This document shows positions 15,467 to 24,051 of a stretch of 64,000 nt of DNA, one piece after another (the first letter of the stretch is position 1; each line of letters begins with the position of its first letter). The stretch comes from a virus. The notes under the pieces are model-generated. The model was given only the letters and a program-made list of their open reading frames with translations, was not told the DNA's origin and ran no database searches. Both the position numbers and the translations under genes were made by a program. Location: IMG/VR virus record IMGVR_UViG_3300036799_000060. One strand, written 5' to 3'.

Positions 15467-18307
15467 GTGCACGGGATCGCGTGGGATGAGGCTGAGCGGG
15501 CGTTCTGGAACCCGCGCCTGCATCCCCGCGACCCCGGGGGCAAGTGGGCGGCCAAGGCTGGCGAGCTGGACGCGCTGGCCAACGAGGTGCAGCACGAGCA
15601 CTTTGTGAACGCGTTCCTGGGCGGCACGGCCAAGGTGGACGATGCGGGCGCGCTGGCCCCGGCGGCAGCCCATCTGCACGATGCGGCGGACGCGTTGCGC
15701 AAGGGTGACACGCACGGCGCGGAGGCCAACCTGGCCGAGGCGGAGCGGCACGCGGCGGCGATGCCCGGCAAGCGGATGAAGGGCCATCACCACAAGATCA
15801 AGGGCCACCACCACCACCTGCGCAAGTACAACGGGGGCAGCTCGTTCGGTGAGTCCCTGGCGGGGGAGCTGGCCGGTGCCCTTGCGGCACGGGCGTTCAA
15901 CCCGCGCCAGCCGCGTGACCCGCACACCGGCAAGTGGGTTGCGGTGGCGGGGCACCTGGACAAGCTGGCGTCTGAGATCGGGCATCACCCGAGCGCGGTA
16001 GCAGCGAGGCGGGCTGCGTCGGCGCTGCGGCACGGCGACCGTGAGGGCGCGATCCGGCATCTGGCGTCGGCGCACCGGCAGGCGGCCACGATGCGCGGCG
16101 GCGAGCGTCACGTGGTGGCGATTGACCGGCACCTGGCTGGGCTGATGGAGCCGCAGCCGATGACCCCGGAGGAGCTGGCCAGCCTGGCTGGGCATATCCC
16201 GCCGGGGATGGAGGCGCCTGCCACTCATGTGGGGCTGGCGATGCTCGGGCTTGAAGGCGGACCGGGGGACCTGGCCGCGATGCTGGCGGCTGAGCCTAAG
16301 CCGCCACGGGTGTGGACCGGTGGCGTTGCCCGGTTCTCGCGGTGGGGGCTGGCGGAGCGGCTGGCCGACCTGGCGGACGCCGACCCAAAAGGTGAGGCCG
16401 TCCGGGCGGCGGCTGGCGGGCACCACATCCCGGGGACGCCGTACCACTACCGGCACGGGTGGATTCCGGTTGCCCCGTACTTCAAGCAGCCGGGTGATCT
16501 TCAGCCGGGTGATGTGGTGGAGTTCCGGGGCCACAAGCACATGGTGCTTCAGGCGCCTGGCCAGGCTGGGCGGGTGAACCTGCCGCCGGACAAGGGCAGC
16601 GGCGTGTATCTGCGGCCGATCGCTGGCAGCAGCATCTTCCCCGAGTCCGGGGTGAAGCATTACGCCACGGCCAGGGTGCATCAGCACAAGATGATCGGCC
16701 CGGGGATCGTCGGTGTGCAGACGGTGACGGGCAAGGGCGAGGTGCTGGGCGGCGCGGCCAAGGTCGACCTGTTCTCGTCAGCGTTCGCGCAGCACCAGCG
16801 CGCGGCCGACGATCTGGCGGCGAGCCTGCCCGGTGTGATCGGCCCGGGGGAGACGCGCCCGCTGAACGGTGCGCAGATCTATGACCGGTTCCCGCCACGG
16901 CCGGGTGAGAGCGCGGGGGCGTACCGGCGGCGGATCTATGGCATGTCGATGCCGCACAACCTGGTGTCCACCACCACGGCCCGCCCGGGGCATGGGAACC
17001 ACGCCATCGGCGGCGGGACGATCCCGAGCCTGGCGACGCCGGGGAAGCCGCCGCACATAACGAATGTGAAGCCGGACCGGCAGCTTCAGCCGCTCATGAC
17101 CCCGGCCGACCCGGCGATGAACGGGCCGCAGCCGAAGGACATGGACGAGGCGGTGACGCAGATCGCGTTCGGGTTGATCCGCAACGCGCAAGGCCCGCTA
17201 GGCGACTACCCGAACGCGGCCGAGATGCTGAGGTTCTGGCCGCCGCACGTGTCCGAGTCCCCGGTGGATTACCGCAACCGGCTCGCGGCGATGACGCCGA
17301 AGGATTTCAAGGACGGCGCGGAGGTGGCGCGCGGCCGCGCCCGGGTCGGCGCGGGCGGCCTCGGTGCGCAGTTCGCGGCTGGGCCTGAGCCGGATCACCG
17401 CCCGGAGTGGGCCAAGGCCGCTGGGCTGGTGTGGAACAGCCAGTTCGGCTGGGTGGTGGAGTCGGATAACGCCAGGCTGCTGGCCGGGGACTCCCTGCCG
17501 CCGGGCTCGGCGCCGCACGTCCAGGTGCCCTCGTCTGCGCTTGCGCCTGAGGGCGAGTCGCGGGTGCAGGTGCTCGGGAAAGGTGTCACCCCTGAAGAGG
17601 TGTCCCTGATTCACTCGATTGAATCGGGGGTCAGGAGCACCGATGAGGAGGGTGTCGGCGGGGCGCAGTCCGAGGCGGAGTTCCTGACGCTGAACGACGG
17701 CGAGCGGGTGATGCACAAGTCCTACCTGTCCTGGGATCAGGGCGGGGACTTCTCCCCAGCGGACCTGGCGGACGCCGAGTACCTGTCTGGGCAGGTGGCG
17801 GATGTGATCGGCGGCACCGGGGCGCCTGCGGTGGTGCGCGGTGATACGCCGGATGACATCTACATGCAGTTCAAGGACATGGAGATAGCCGCTAACTGGC
17901 TGTCGGACCGGGGTATCGACTACGGCGACCCGTTCAGTTCGTCGCCTGACACGTTCATGAATCCGCAGTCGTACCGGATCGGCCTGCTGGACTACCTGAC
18001 GCAGAACAGCGACCGGCACTACCACAACTACGGGTTCGATGCCGACGGCAACCCGGTGCCGATCGACCACTCGTCCACGTTCGGCATCCAGGGCGGCGGC
18101 TGGGATTCGCCGTTCCTTCAGGCGGCCGATACGGCGCTGGAGCATCACCGCAGCGACGCCATCTCGGTGGCTGAGCTGGACGAGATCGGCAAGCGGCTGG
18201 AGCACGTGAAGGGCCAGTTCACTGACGCGGGCCGGGGCGACTGGTACAACGGCGTGCTGTCGCGGCTGGCCGAGTTCCGGCGGGCGACCGAGACGGGGCA
18301 GTTCTGA
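15467..18307 (+). CDS. large head-module protein (946 aa) with C-terminal PI3/4-kinase-like (atypical protein kinase fold) domain
   Basis: GTG 15467 lies 10 nt after the portal stop. Two NPR.(H)PRDP..GKW motifs and a His-rich KGHHHKIKGHHHH run. The C-terminus has VMHKS, DAEYLSG, LDYLTQNSDRHYHNYG (DRHxxN catalytic loop, 18011-18028) and PIDHSSTFG (DxG-like). Confidence 0.6.
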   Translation: MHGIAWDEAERAFWNPRLHPRDPGGKWAAKAGELDALANEVQHEHFVNAFLGGTAKVDDAGALAPAAAHLHDAADALRKGDTHGAEANLAEAERHAAAMPGKRMKGHHHKIKGHHHHLRKYNGGSSFGESLAGELAGALAARAFNPRQPRDPHTGKWVAVAGHLDKLASEIGHHPSAVAARRAASALRHGDREGAIRHLASAHRQAATMRGGERHVVAIDRHLAGLMEPQPMTPEELASLAGHIPPGMEAPATHVGLAMLGLEGGPGDLAAMLAAEPKPPRVWTGGVARFSRWGLAERLADLADADPKGEAVRAAAGGHHIPGTPYHYRHGWIPVAPYFKQPGDLQPGDVVEFRGHKHMVLQAPGQAGRVNLPPDKGSGVYLRPIAGSSIFPESGVKHYATARVHQHKMIGPGIVGVQTVTGKGEVLGGAAKVDLFSSAFAQHQRAADDLAASLPGVIGPGETRPLNGAQIYDRFPPRPGESAGAYRRRIYGMSMPHNLVSTTTARPGHGNHAIGGGTIPSLATPGKPPHITNVKPDRQLQPLMTPADPAMNGPQPKDMDEAVTQIAFGLIRNAQGPLGDYPNAAEMLRFWPPHVSESPVDYRNRLAAMTPKDFKDGAEVARGRARVGAGGLGAQFAAGPEPDHRPEWAKAAGLVWNSQFGWVVESDNARLLAGDSLPPGSAPHVQVPSSALAPEGESRVQVLGKGVTPEEVSLIHSIESGVRSTDEEGVGGAQSEAEFLTLNDGERVMHKSYLSWDQGGDFSPADLADAEYLSGQVADVIGGTGAPAVVRGDTPDDIYMQFKDMEIAANWLSDRGIDYGDPFSSSPDTFMNPQSYRIGLLDYLTQNSDRHYHNYGFDADGNPVPIDHSSTFGIQGGGWDSPFLQAADTALEHHRSDAISVAELDEIGKRLEHVKGQFTDAGRGDWYNGVLSRLAEFRRATETGQF

Positions 18308-20061
18308 TGGCGACTTTGCGCGCGTTCCCGGTGGGCGGCGGCAGGCCGCTGCGCGGCCAGGTCACCGTCTCGGGTGGGGAGCTTCAGCCGGGCGGCGATC
18401 CGGTGATGCTGCGGTTCGTTCAGCAGGTGATCGCCCAGGGCGCGACCCCGGATGAGGCGGTCAGCCAACTGGACGGGTGGACGAACGGCTACGTGATCTA
18501 CTCCACCAGCGCAGCTAACCCGGTCGTGTTCGGTGGGCAGGCGCGGCGGTTCGATGTGAACGAGCTGCGCGACCCGTCGGGGAAGTGGACCCGTGGCGGG
18601 ATGGCCGGGCTGCCGTCCGTCCGCAAGCTGGCGCCGCGAGTGAAGCCGATCACGGCGGCCGAGGCGCGGGGCAACTCGCGGGCCGTGTCCCTGTCGGAGT
18701 TCCAGACGATCGCCCAGGCGGGGCGGGGCAAGCTGGCCGGGCTGGCCCGGCGGCGGGACGGCGTGGAGGGCCTGGACCGGAACTGGCCGACCCTGAAGGC
18801 TGCCGCGTTCGCGGAGGTACGCAAGCCGTGGGGCGGCATGACGATTGACGCCGCCACGGGCAAGCCGCTCGCTTCCGACGCGGACCGGTATGCGCTGTCG
18901 GTGAAGCCGCCCGGCATCCACACCATCTCGGTGCCTGAGGACGCGTCCCAGGCCGATTTCGGGGCGGCGATGGACCGGGCTCGGGTGGAGTTCCGGGGCG
19001 AACTGGACAAGGCCCAGCATTACCTCGGGATCTTCCACGACGACGACAACAACCGGGTAGACATCGACCCGGTGGTGGTTGTGGACTCCGTGCCCGAGGT
19101 GGAGCAGATCGGCGCCTACACCCACGCGATCGGCGGCGCCTACCACTTCAAGAGCGGCGATGGGTTCTTCGCGCCGCACGTGGCCGAGGGAGCTAGCCGG
19201 ATGACAGCCGACCTGCCGGACCTGGGTGAGGGCGTGCACTGGGCTGGGCCTGGCCAGTGGCGGTCGGCGGCGGACGCGGCCCAGGAACCGTTCGATGGGG
19301 ACGACGGCACGGCCGACGGCAGCGCGGTGGGCTCGAACCCGGACGTGCCCGGGGACGCGGGGGACAACCCGGTGTCGCGCGGCCTGGACTGGGAGCCGCT
19401 GGAGTACCTGCTGCGGGCGTACGACCCTGGTGAGCGGCGCGGCCCGGACGGCAAGTGGATTCACGGCGCGTCCCCGGTGGCTGGCCTGATCGGTACGAGC
19501 CATCTGCCGCAGTCCCCGGCGCAGGGTGAGCCGTCCACGGCGCAACTCATGAACATGATCTCCGACCTGCGCGCCCAGATCTCGGTCAACGACACGCGGC
19601 TGCGGTCCGAGCAGGCGTCGAAGCTGCGGGATGTGGTGGAGCAGATGCGCGCCGAGGAGCACCGGATCGCCGCCGAGAAGATTGCGGGCAAGACGGCGGA
19701 GGAACTGAAGGCTGAGCGGCGCAAGGCGATCATCCGCACGGTGGCCACGGTGCTGGGCCTGGTGGCGGTCGGTGTGCTGATCGTCGCCACGGCCGGGATG
19801 GCGGTTCCGCCGCTGGCCGAGGCCGGGGTGGCGGTTGGGCCGCTGATCGGCGGCGAGTTGATCTCGGCTATCGGCGAGCACCGGGCGCGGAAGAAGGCGG
19901 CCGAGAGCATCGGCCGGGCGGACATGGCGTCGGTGCGGGATCAGGTGGTGGAGGCGATGACGACGCTGGTGGCCAAGGTGTGCGGTGTTGGCGCCGATGT
20001 GGCCGCCCGTGCGGCCGAGTCGCTGGTGTCGGCGGCCGAGGGCCAGGTCCAGTCCGCGTAG
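18307..20061 (+). CDS. head-module protein (584 aa) with C-terminal coiled coil and TM segments
   Basis: ATG 18307 overlaps the upstream stop. Motifs RDPSGKW and ERRGPDGKW. C-terminal IIRTVATVLGLVAVGVLIVATAGMAVPPLAEAGVAVGPLIGG is hydrophobic. Confidence 0.6.
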   Translation: MATLRAFPVGGGRPLRGQVTVSGGELQPGGDPVMLRFVQQVIAQGATPDEAVSQLDGWTNGYVIYSTSAANPVVFGGQARRFDVNELRDPSGKWTRGGMAGLPSVRKLAPRVKPITAAEARGNSRAVSLSEFQTIAQAGRGKLAGLARRRDGVEGLDRNWPTLKAAAFAEVRKPWGGMTIDAATGKPLASDADRYALSVKPPGIHTISVPEDASQADFGAAMDRARVEFRGELDKAQHYLGIFHDDDNNRVDIDPVVVVDSVPEVEQIGAYTHAIGGAYHFKSGDGFFAPHVAEGASRMTADLPDLGEGVHWAGPGQWRSAADAAQEPFDGDDGTADGSAVGSNPDVPGDAGDNPVSRGLDWEPLEYLLRAYDPGERRGPDGKWIHGASPVAGLIGTSHLPQSPAQGEPSTAQLMNMISDLRAQISVNDTRLRSEQASKLRDVVEQMRAEEHRIAAEKIAGKTAEELKAERRKAIIRTVATVLGLVAVGVLIVATAGMAVPPLAEAGVAVGPLIGGELISAIGEHRARKKAAESIGRADMASVRDQVVEAMTTLVAKVCGVGADVAARAAESLVSAAEGQVQSA

Positions 20062-20207
20062 GGCTGCGCCTAGCCCTGTGGGCCGCTCCCGGGCGTTCAG
20101 GTACTTCTATGTGTCATCGGTGGGCTGAGCCCCCCCAGGCCGTCTGCGGCCCTTACAGCGTCCCCCCACCGGGGACGGTGATTCACCTATCAGGGAGGGC
20201 TGCGGCC

Positions 20208-20465
20208 GTGGCCGACGACATGCTGACGCACCGGCTGGAGGCCGTCTCGCGCGGCTACAGCCAGCACCACTACCGGGCCGCCGGTCCATGGACCGATGTG
20301 GGGATCGCCCGGCACCTGCACGGCATATGGGTGGAGGGCGCGGCGGGCCGCCACACGATCAGCCAGTCCTATTTCGGCCGGTACGACGCGGACACGGCAA
20401 CGGTGACCGGGCAGGGGGGCAAGCCGGTTCCGGTGACTCATGTCAGGCGGGCTGCCGGTGGCTGA
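20208..20465 (+). CDS. small hypothetical protein (85 aa)
   Basis: GTG 20208 preceded by GGGAGGG. Begins VADDMLTHRLEA, nearly identical to the start of the next gene. Confidence 0.45.
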   Translation: MADDMLTHRLEAVSRGYSQHHYRAAGPWTDVGIARHLHGIWVEGAAGRHTISQSYFGRYDADTATVTGQGGKPVPVTHVRRAAGG

Positions 20466-22368
20466 CGACATGCTGGCCTACCGGCTGGCGCAGATGGAGC
20501 GCGCGTTCAACCCGCGCGAGGCCCGGGGCTTCGGTGGCAAGTGGGTGCATGTCGGCGGGTCGGACTTCACGTTTGACGGCCCGGCCGGTGGCGACGGGCA
20601 TGTGCGGGCGATCATGTCGGCGGCTGATGTGATCGGCCAGCAGCCGGGGATGGCCGACGCGGCGACGGATGTCCGCAACGCGGGCAAGGCCGTGGCCCGG
20701 CGGGACCTGGCGGCGGCGAACCGGCACCTGGACGGTGCCGCCTACCTGGACAGCATCTACGCGGGCGGCTCCAACCGGAACGACATTGAGGCGATCCGCA
20801 AGAGCCTGGCACGGGTCCCCAAGGGTGCGGTGACCGAGCCAGGCCGCCCGGCTGTGCCGAGTTCGCTCGGCGTGCACCAGGGGCGGCTGAGGGGCAAGCC
20901 GGTGGCGCCTGGCCTGGTCGGTGCCTACGCGTCCGCGACGCGGACGGCGGAGACGGCCACGGCGTCCACGGTGCACGAGCCGGTGGGCACGCCCGGCGGG
21001 CCGGGGCTGTGGAAGCACAAGACGTGGCAGCTTCCGCCGTATATCCAGCATCTCGCCAATGACCTGAAGGCCAAGGTCGGCGAGTCGCGGGCTATCGAGA
21101 TGGCCGTGGGCATCGTCCGCAACTGGAGCGAGGGCCACGACGGCAAGGGCAACAAGGTCAGCGCCGAGGTGCAGGCAGCGGCGGCGAAAAACATCGCGCA
21201 ATGGGACGCGATGAAGGCACGCACCCGACATGGGGCAGCGAGGAGTTCAGCAATGGCGGACGACCAGTACGACGCCGACGGCCTGAGCCAGGAGTGGGAC
21301 CGCCTGGACGACCTGCCGGACCTGTCCGGGGTTCAGCTTGAAGATCTGGACGCTGCGGCCAGCGAGGGCAGCGGCTTCAATGACTGGCACGCCGGGGAGG
21401 TGTCCCGTGCCGCCAAGCTGGGCTCTGGTGCCCGGTTCGCCGCCCTCAAGGCGAAGCTGGCCGCGAAGGGGATCAACAACCCGGGCGCTCTGGCGGCGAA
21501 GATCGGCCGCGCCAAGTACGGCAAGAGCAAGTTCGGTGCGCTGGCGCAGCGTGCCCGCAAGGGCAAGGGCGGCCCGGCCCCGGCGATGCGGGCGGCCACG
21601 GCCGGTGAGATCTTCCGGTACTGGCCGCTGGAGGAGTGCCGCATCATGTCCCGTTCCGAGGGCGGCGAGTACGCCTCGGGCCGGGTGGTGGAGGCGTACG
21701 CAGCGATCTACAACACCCCGGCGGAGATCAAGGACCACGAGGGCCACTACGAGGAGGAGATCGACCGGGGTGCGTTCAGCGACGTGCTGCGGGCGATCTC
21801 CCCCGAGCGCAACCGTGGATTCTGGAACGCCACCTGCCTCTACAACCACGGCATGACCGTGCACGGCACCCCGGCCGAACGGTTCTCCCTCCCGGCGGGC
21901 GTGGCCAAGCACATCTCGTCCGAGTCCAAGGGCCTGCTCACCCGCACCGAGTACGCGAACACGCCGCTCGGTGAGGAGCTGCTGGAGCTGGTCAACATGG
22001 GCGCGCTGCGCAGCCAGTCGTTCACGGGTGGCATCGTCCGCTCGGACCCGACGCTGCGCGGCCCCGGTGACAAGTACCGCCGCGCCTACGGCGGCGCGCT
22101 CCAGCGGGTCAAGCGGCTGGTGCTGGGCCTGCGCGAGTACGGGCTTACGCCGTTCGCGGCGTACTCGGGCGCTGAAGTGCTGGGCGTCCGCATGCAGCTT
22201 CCCGGCTCTCTCCTCACCGAGGAGGAGTGGGAGGAGGAGGACACGTCGGCCGACACAGGCCACGGCGGCTCCCCCGAAGAGGAGAACGTGTCCCGTTCCA
22301 CCGGTAACCGGCTGTACCGCCTCCGCGCCGAGGAGGCGCTGCGGGCCGCCGGTATCGAACTGTCCTGA
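20458..22368 (+). CDS. capsid maturation (prohead) protease, HK97/S78 family, with N-terminal extension
   Basis: C-terminal half: AYAAIYNTPAEIKDHEGHYEEEIDRGAFSDVL...CLYNHG...GLLTRTEY...GALRSQSF matches the HK97 prohead protease pattern. The N-terminus carries FNPREARGFGGKW. Start is GTG 20458 or ATG 20440. Confidence 0.85.
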   Translation: MADDMLAYRLAQMERAFNPREARGFGGKWVHVGGSDFTFDGPAGGDGHVRAIMSAADVIGQQPGMADAATDVRNAGKAVARRDLAAANRHLDGAAYLDSIYAGGSNRNDIEAIRKSLARVPKGAVTEPGRPAVPSSLGVHQGRLRGKPVAPGLVGAYASATRTAETATASTVHEPVGTPGGPGLWKHKTWQLPPYIQHLANDLKAKVGESRAIEMAVGIVRNWSEGHDGKGNKVSAEVQAAAAKNIAQWDAMKARTRHGAARSSAMADDQYDADGLSQEWDRLDDLPDLSGVQLEDLDAAASEGSGFNDWHAGEVSRAAKLGSGARFAALKAKLAAKGINNPGALAAKIGRAKYGKSKFGALAQRARKGKGGPAPAMRAATAGEIFRYWPLEECRIMSRSEGGEYASGRVVEAYAAIYNTPAEIKDHEGHYEEEIDRGAFSDVLRAISPERNRGFWNATCLYNHGMTVHGTPAERFSLPAGVAKHISSESKGLLTRTEYANTPLGEELLELVNMGALRSQSFTGGIVRSDPTLRGPGDKYRRAYGGALQRVKRLVLGLREYGLTPFAAYSGAEVLGVRMQLPGSLLTEEEWEEEDTSADTGHGGSPEEENVSRSTGNRLYRLRAEEALRAAGIELS

Positions 22369-22425
22369 CCGGCCTCAGGGCGTCAGTCAATCGCGGCAGG
22401 GAGCCGCCAACTGAGAGGGGGAGCC

Positions 22426-23934
22426 GTGAGGCTCCAGGAAATGCTGGACCGCCAGAGCGCGATCCGCAACGAACTGTCCGAGATGGACGCCGACCCGACG
22501 ACCACCGAGGAGGGCGACGGCAACATCCGGGACACGCTCATTGACGAGTATGAGCAGATCGAGAAGCTGAAGGAGCCGGTGCTTCAGCGGATGGAGAAGA
22601 TCAAGCTCATCCAGCGGTCCGACGGCGGCACCGCTGGCGGCTCGCGCGAGTCCGGCTACGACCCGGGTGCCACCGGCCAGGCGTCGCGGTCGTCGTGGGG
22701 CGGCGGCGGAACGCCTGAGTTCATGACGCGCCTGGACCCGTTCGCCGAGCTGGACAAGGTGCGCGACGGCCTGGTGCGCGGCAGCGACATGGTGGCCCGG
22801 TCGATGTCGGTCATCGATATGCACAACAAGCGGGGCATGCTGCTGCCCGAGCGGGCGGAAGAGGCCACGCGCAAGGTGATGTCCGACCCGCTGATCGCCC
22901 GGCACGCGCTGCTCACCGGCCACGATGAGTACGTGGAGGCGTTCAGGATGTACCTGAACGACCCGATGGGTGAGGGGCTCCGCGCCGCGCAGCGGTCGCT
23001 CACTCTGGGTACCGCGTCGGGGGGGTTTTTGTTGCCCTACGTGCTTGACCCGACCATCGTGTTGACCTCGGATGGGAGCACCAACCCGTACCGGGCGATG
23101 GCCGAGATCAAGACCACCACGTCCAACGCGTGGCAGGGAGTGAACTCGGCGGGTGTGCAGATGGGCTGGCTGGATGAAGGCGGCCAGGCCATCGACAACA
23201 CCCCGACGGCCGGGCAGATCCAGGTGTTCCCGAAGAAGGCTGCGGCGTGGGTGATCGCGTCGTTCGAGTCGAACGCTGACACGAACTTCGCCGACCAGCT
23301 TCCCCGCCTGCTCGCGGACTCCAAGGACATCCTGGAGGAGACGGCTTTCGCCCGGGGAACGGGTGGCGTGGCCAACGCCGGGCAGCCGTTCGGGATCATC
23401 ACCCGGCTGGGCACTGCGCAAAAGGTGCTCGCGGGCGGTTCGGCCGTTCCGGCGTTCACCGGCACCGCCGGTTCGGGCGGCGCCAACGGCGGCGGTGTCG
23501 CGGACGTGATGGCGCTGAACGCGGCGCTCGGCCCGAGGTTCCGCCTGTCGGACCGGGTCGGCTGGGTCATGAACATCACCAACATCAACCGCATCCGCAC
23601 GATCGACCAGTTCGGCGGCGGCTCGTTCTGGGCCAACCTGGGCCAGGGCACCCCGCCGACCCTGCTGGACAAGCAGATCAGGGAATCGCCGTCGATCACC
23701 CAGACCCCGGGTACGGGCACCGCGCTGGTTGCGGCGTCGGCCGTGTTCGGCGACTGGAGCAAGTTCTACATCGTGGACAGGATCGGGTCCACGATGCTGT
23801 TCGACCCGCTCCTGAAGGGCGCCGGTACGGCGAACATGCCGACCGGCAACCAGGGCTGGTTCTACTACTGGAGGGTCGGCAGCGATGTTGCTGCGGCGAA
23901 CGCCTTCCGGTGGAGCACTGGCGGCACCGCGTAG
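22426..23934 (+). CDS. major capsid protein (HK97 fold) with N-terminal scaffold-like delta domain
   Basis: GTG 22426 follows GAGAGGGGGAG. N-terminal coiled coil (LQEMLDRQSAIRNELSEM...EKLKEPVLQRMEKIKLIQ), then LTLGTASGGFLLPYVLDPTIV..., typical of HK97-type capsid proteins. It directly follows the protease. Confidence 0.9.
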   Translation: MRLQEMLDRQSAIRNELSEMDADPTTTEEGDGNIRDTLIDEYEQIEKLKEPVLQRMEKIKLIQRSDGGTAGGSRESGYDPGATGQASRSSWGGGGTPEFMTRLDPFAELDKVRDGLVRGSDMVARSMSVIDMHNKRGMLLPERAEEATRKVMSDPLIARHALLTGHDEYVEAFRMYLNDPMGEGLRAAQRSLTLGTASGGFLLPYVLDPTIVLTSDGSTNPYRAMAEIKTTTSNAWQGVNSAGVQMGWLDEGGQAIDNTPTAGQIQVFPKKAAAWVIASFESNADTNFADQLPRLLADSKDILEETAFARGTGGVANAGQPFGIITRLGTAQKVLAGGSAVPAFTGTAGSGGANGGGVADVMALNAALGPRFRLSDRVGWVMNITNINRIRTIDQFGGGSFWANLGQGTPPTLLDKQIRESPSITQTPGTGTALVAASAVFGDWSKFYIVDRIGSTMLFDPLLKGAGTANMPTGNQGWFYYWRVGSDVAAANAFRWSTGGTA

Positions 23935-24051
23935 CCAAACCCCTAGCTACACCGCCGAGTGTGCGGGGATCGGCTCCCGCGACGGCGTGGCCCCGGCCGT
24001 GATCCACGGGGCACCCACATTCCCTCTCCCCCCGGCCAGGAGATCAAGCAG

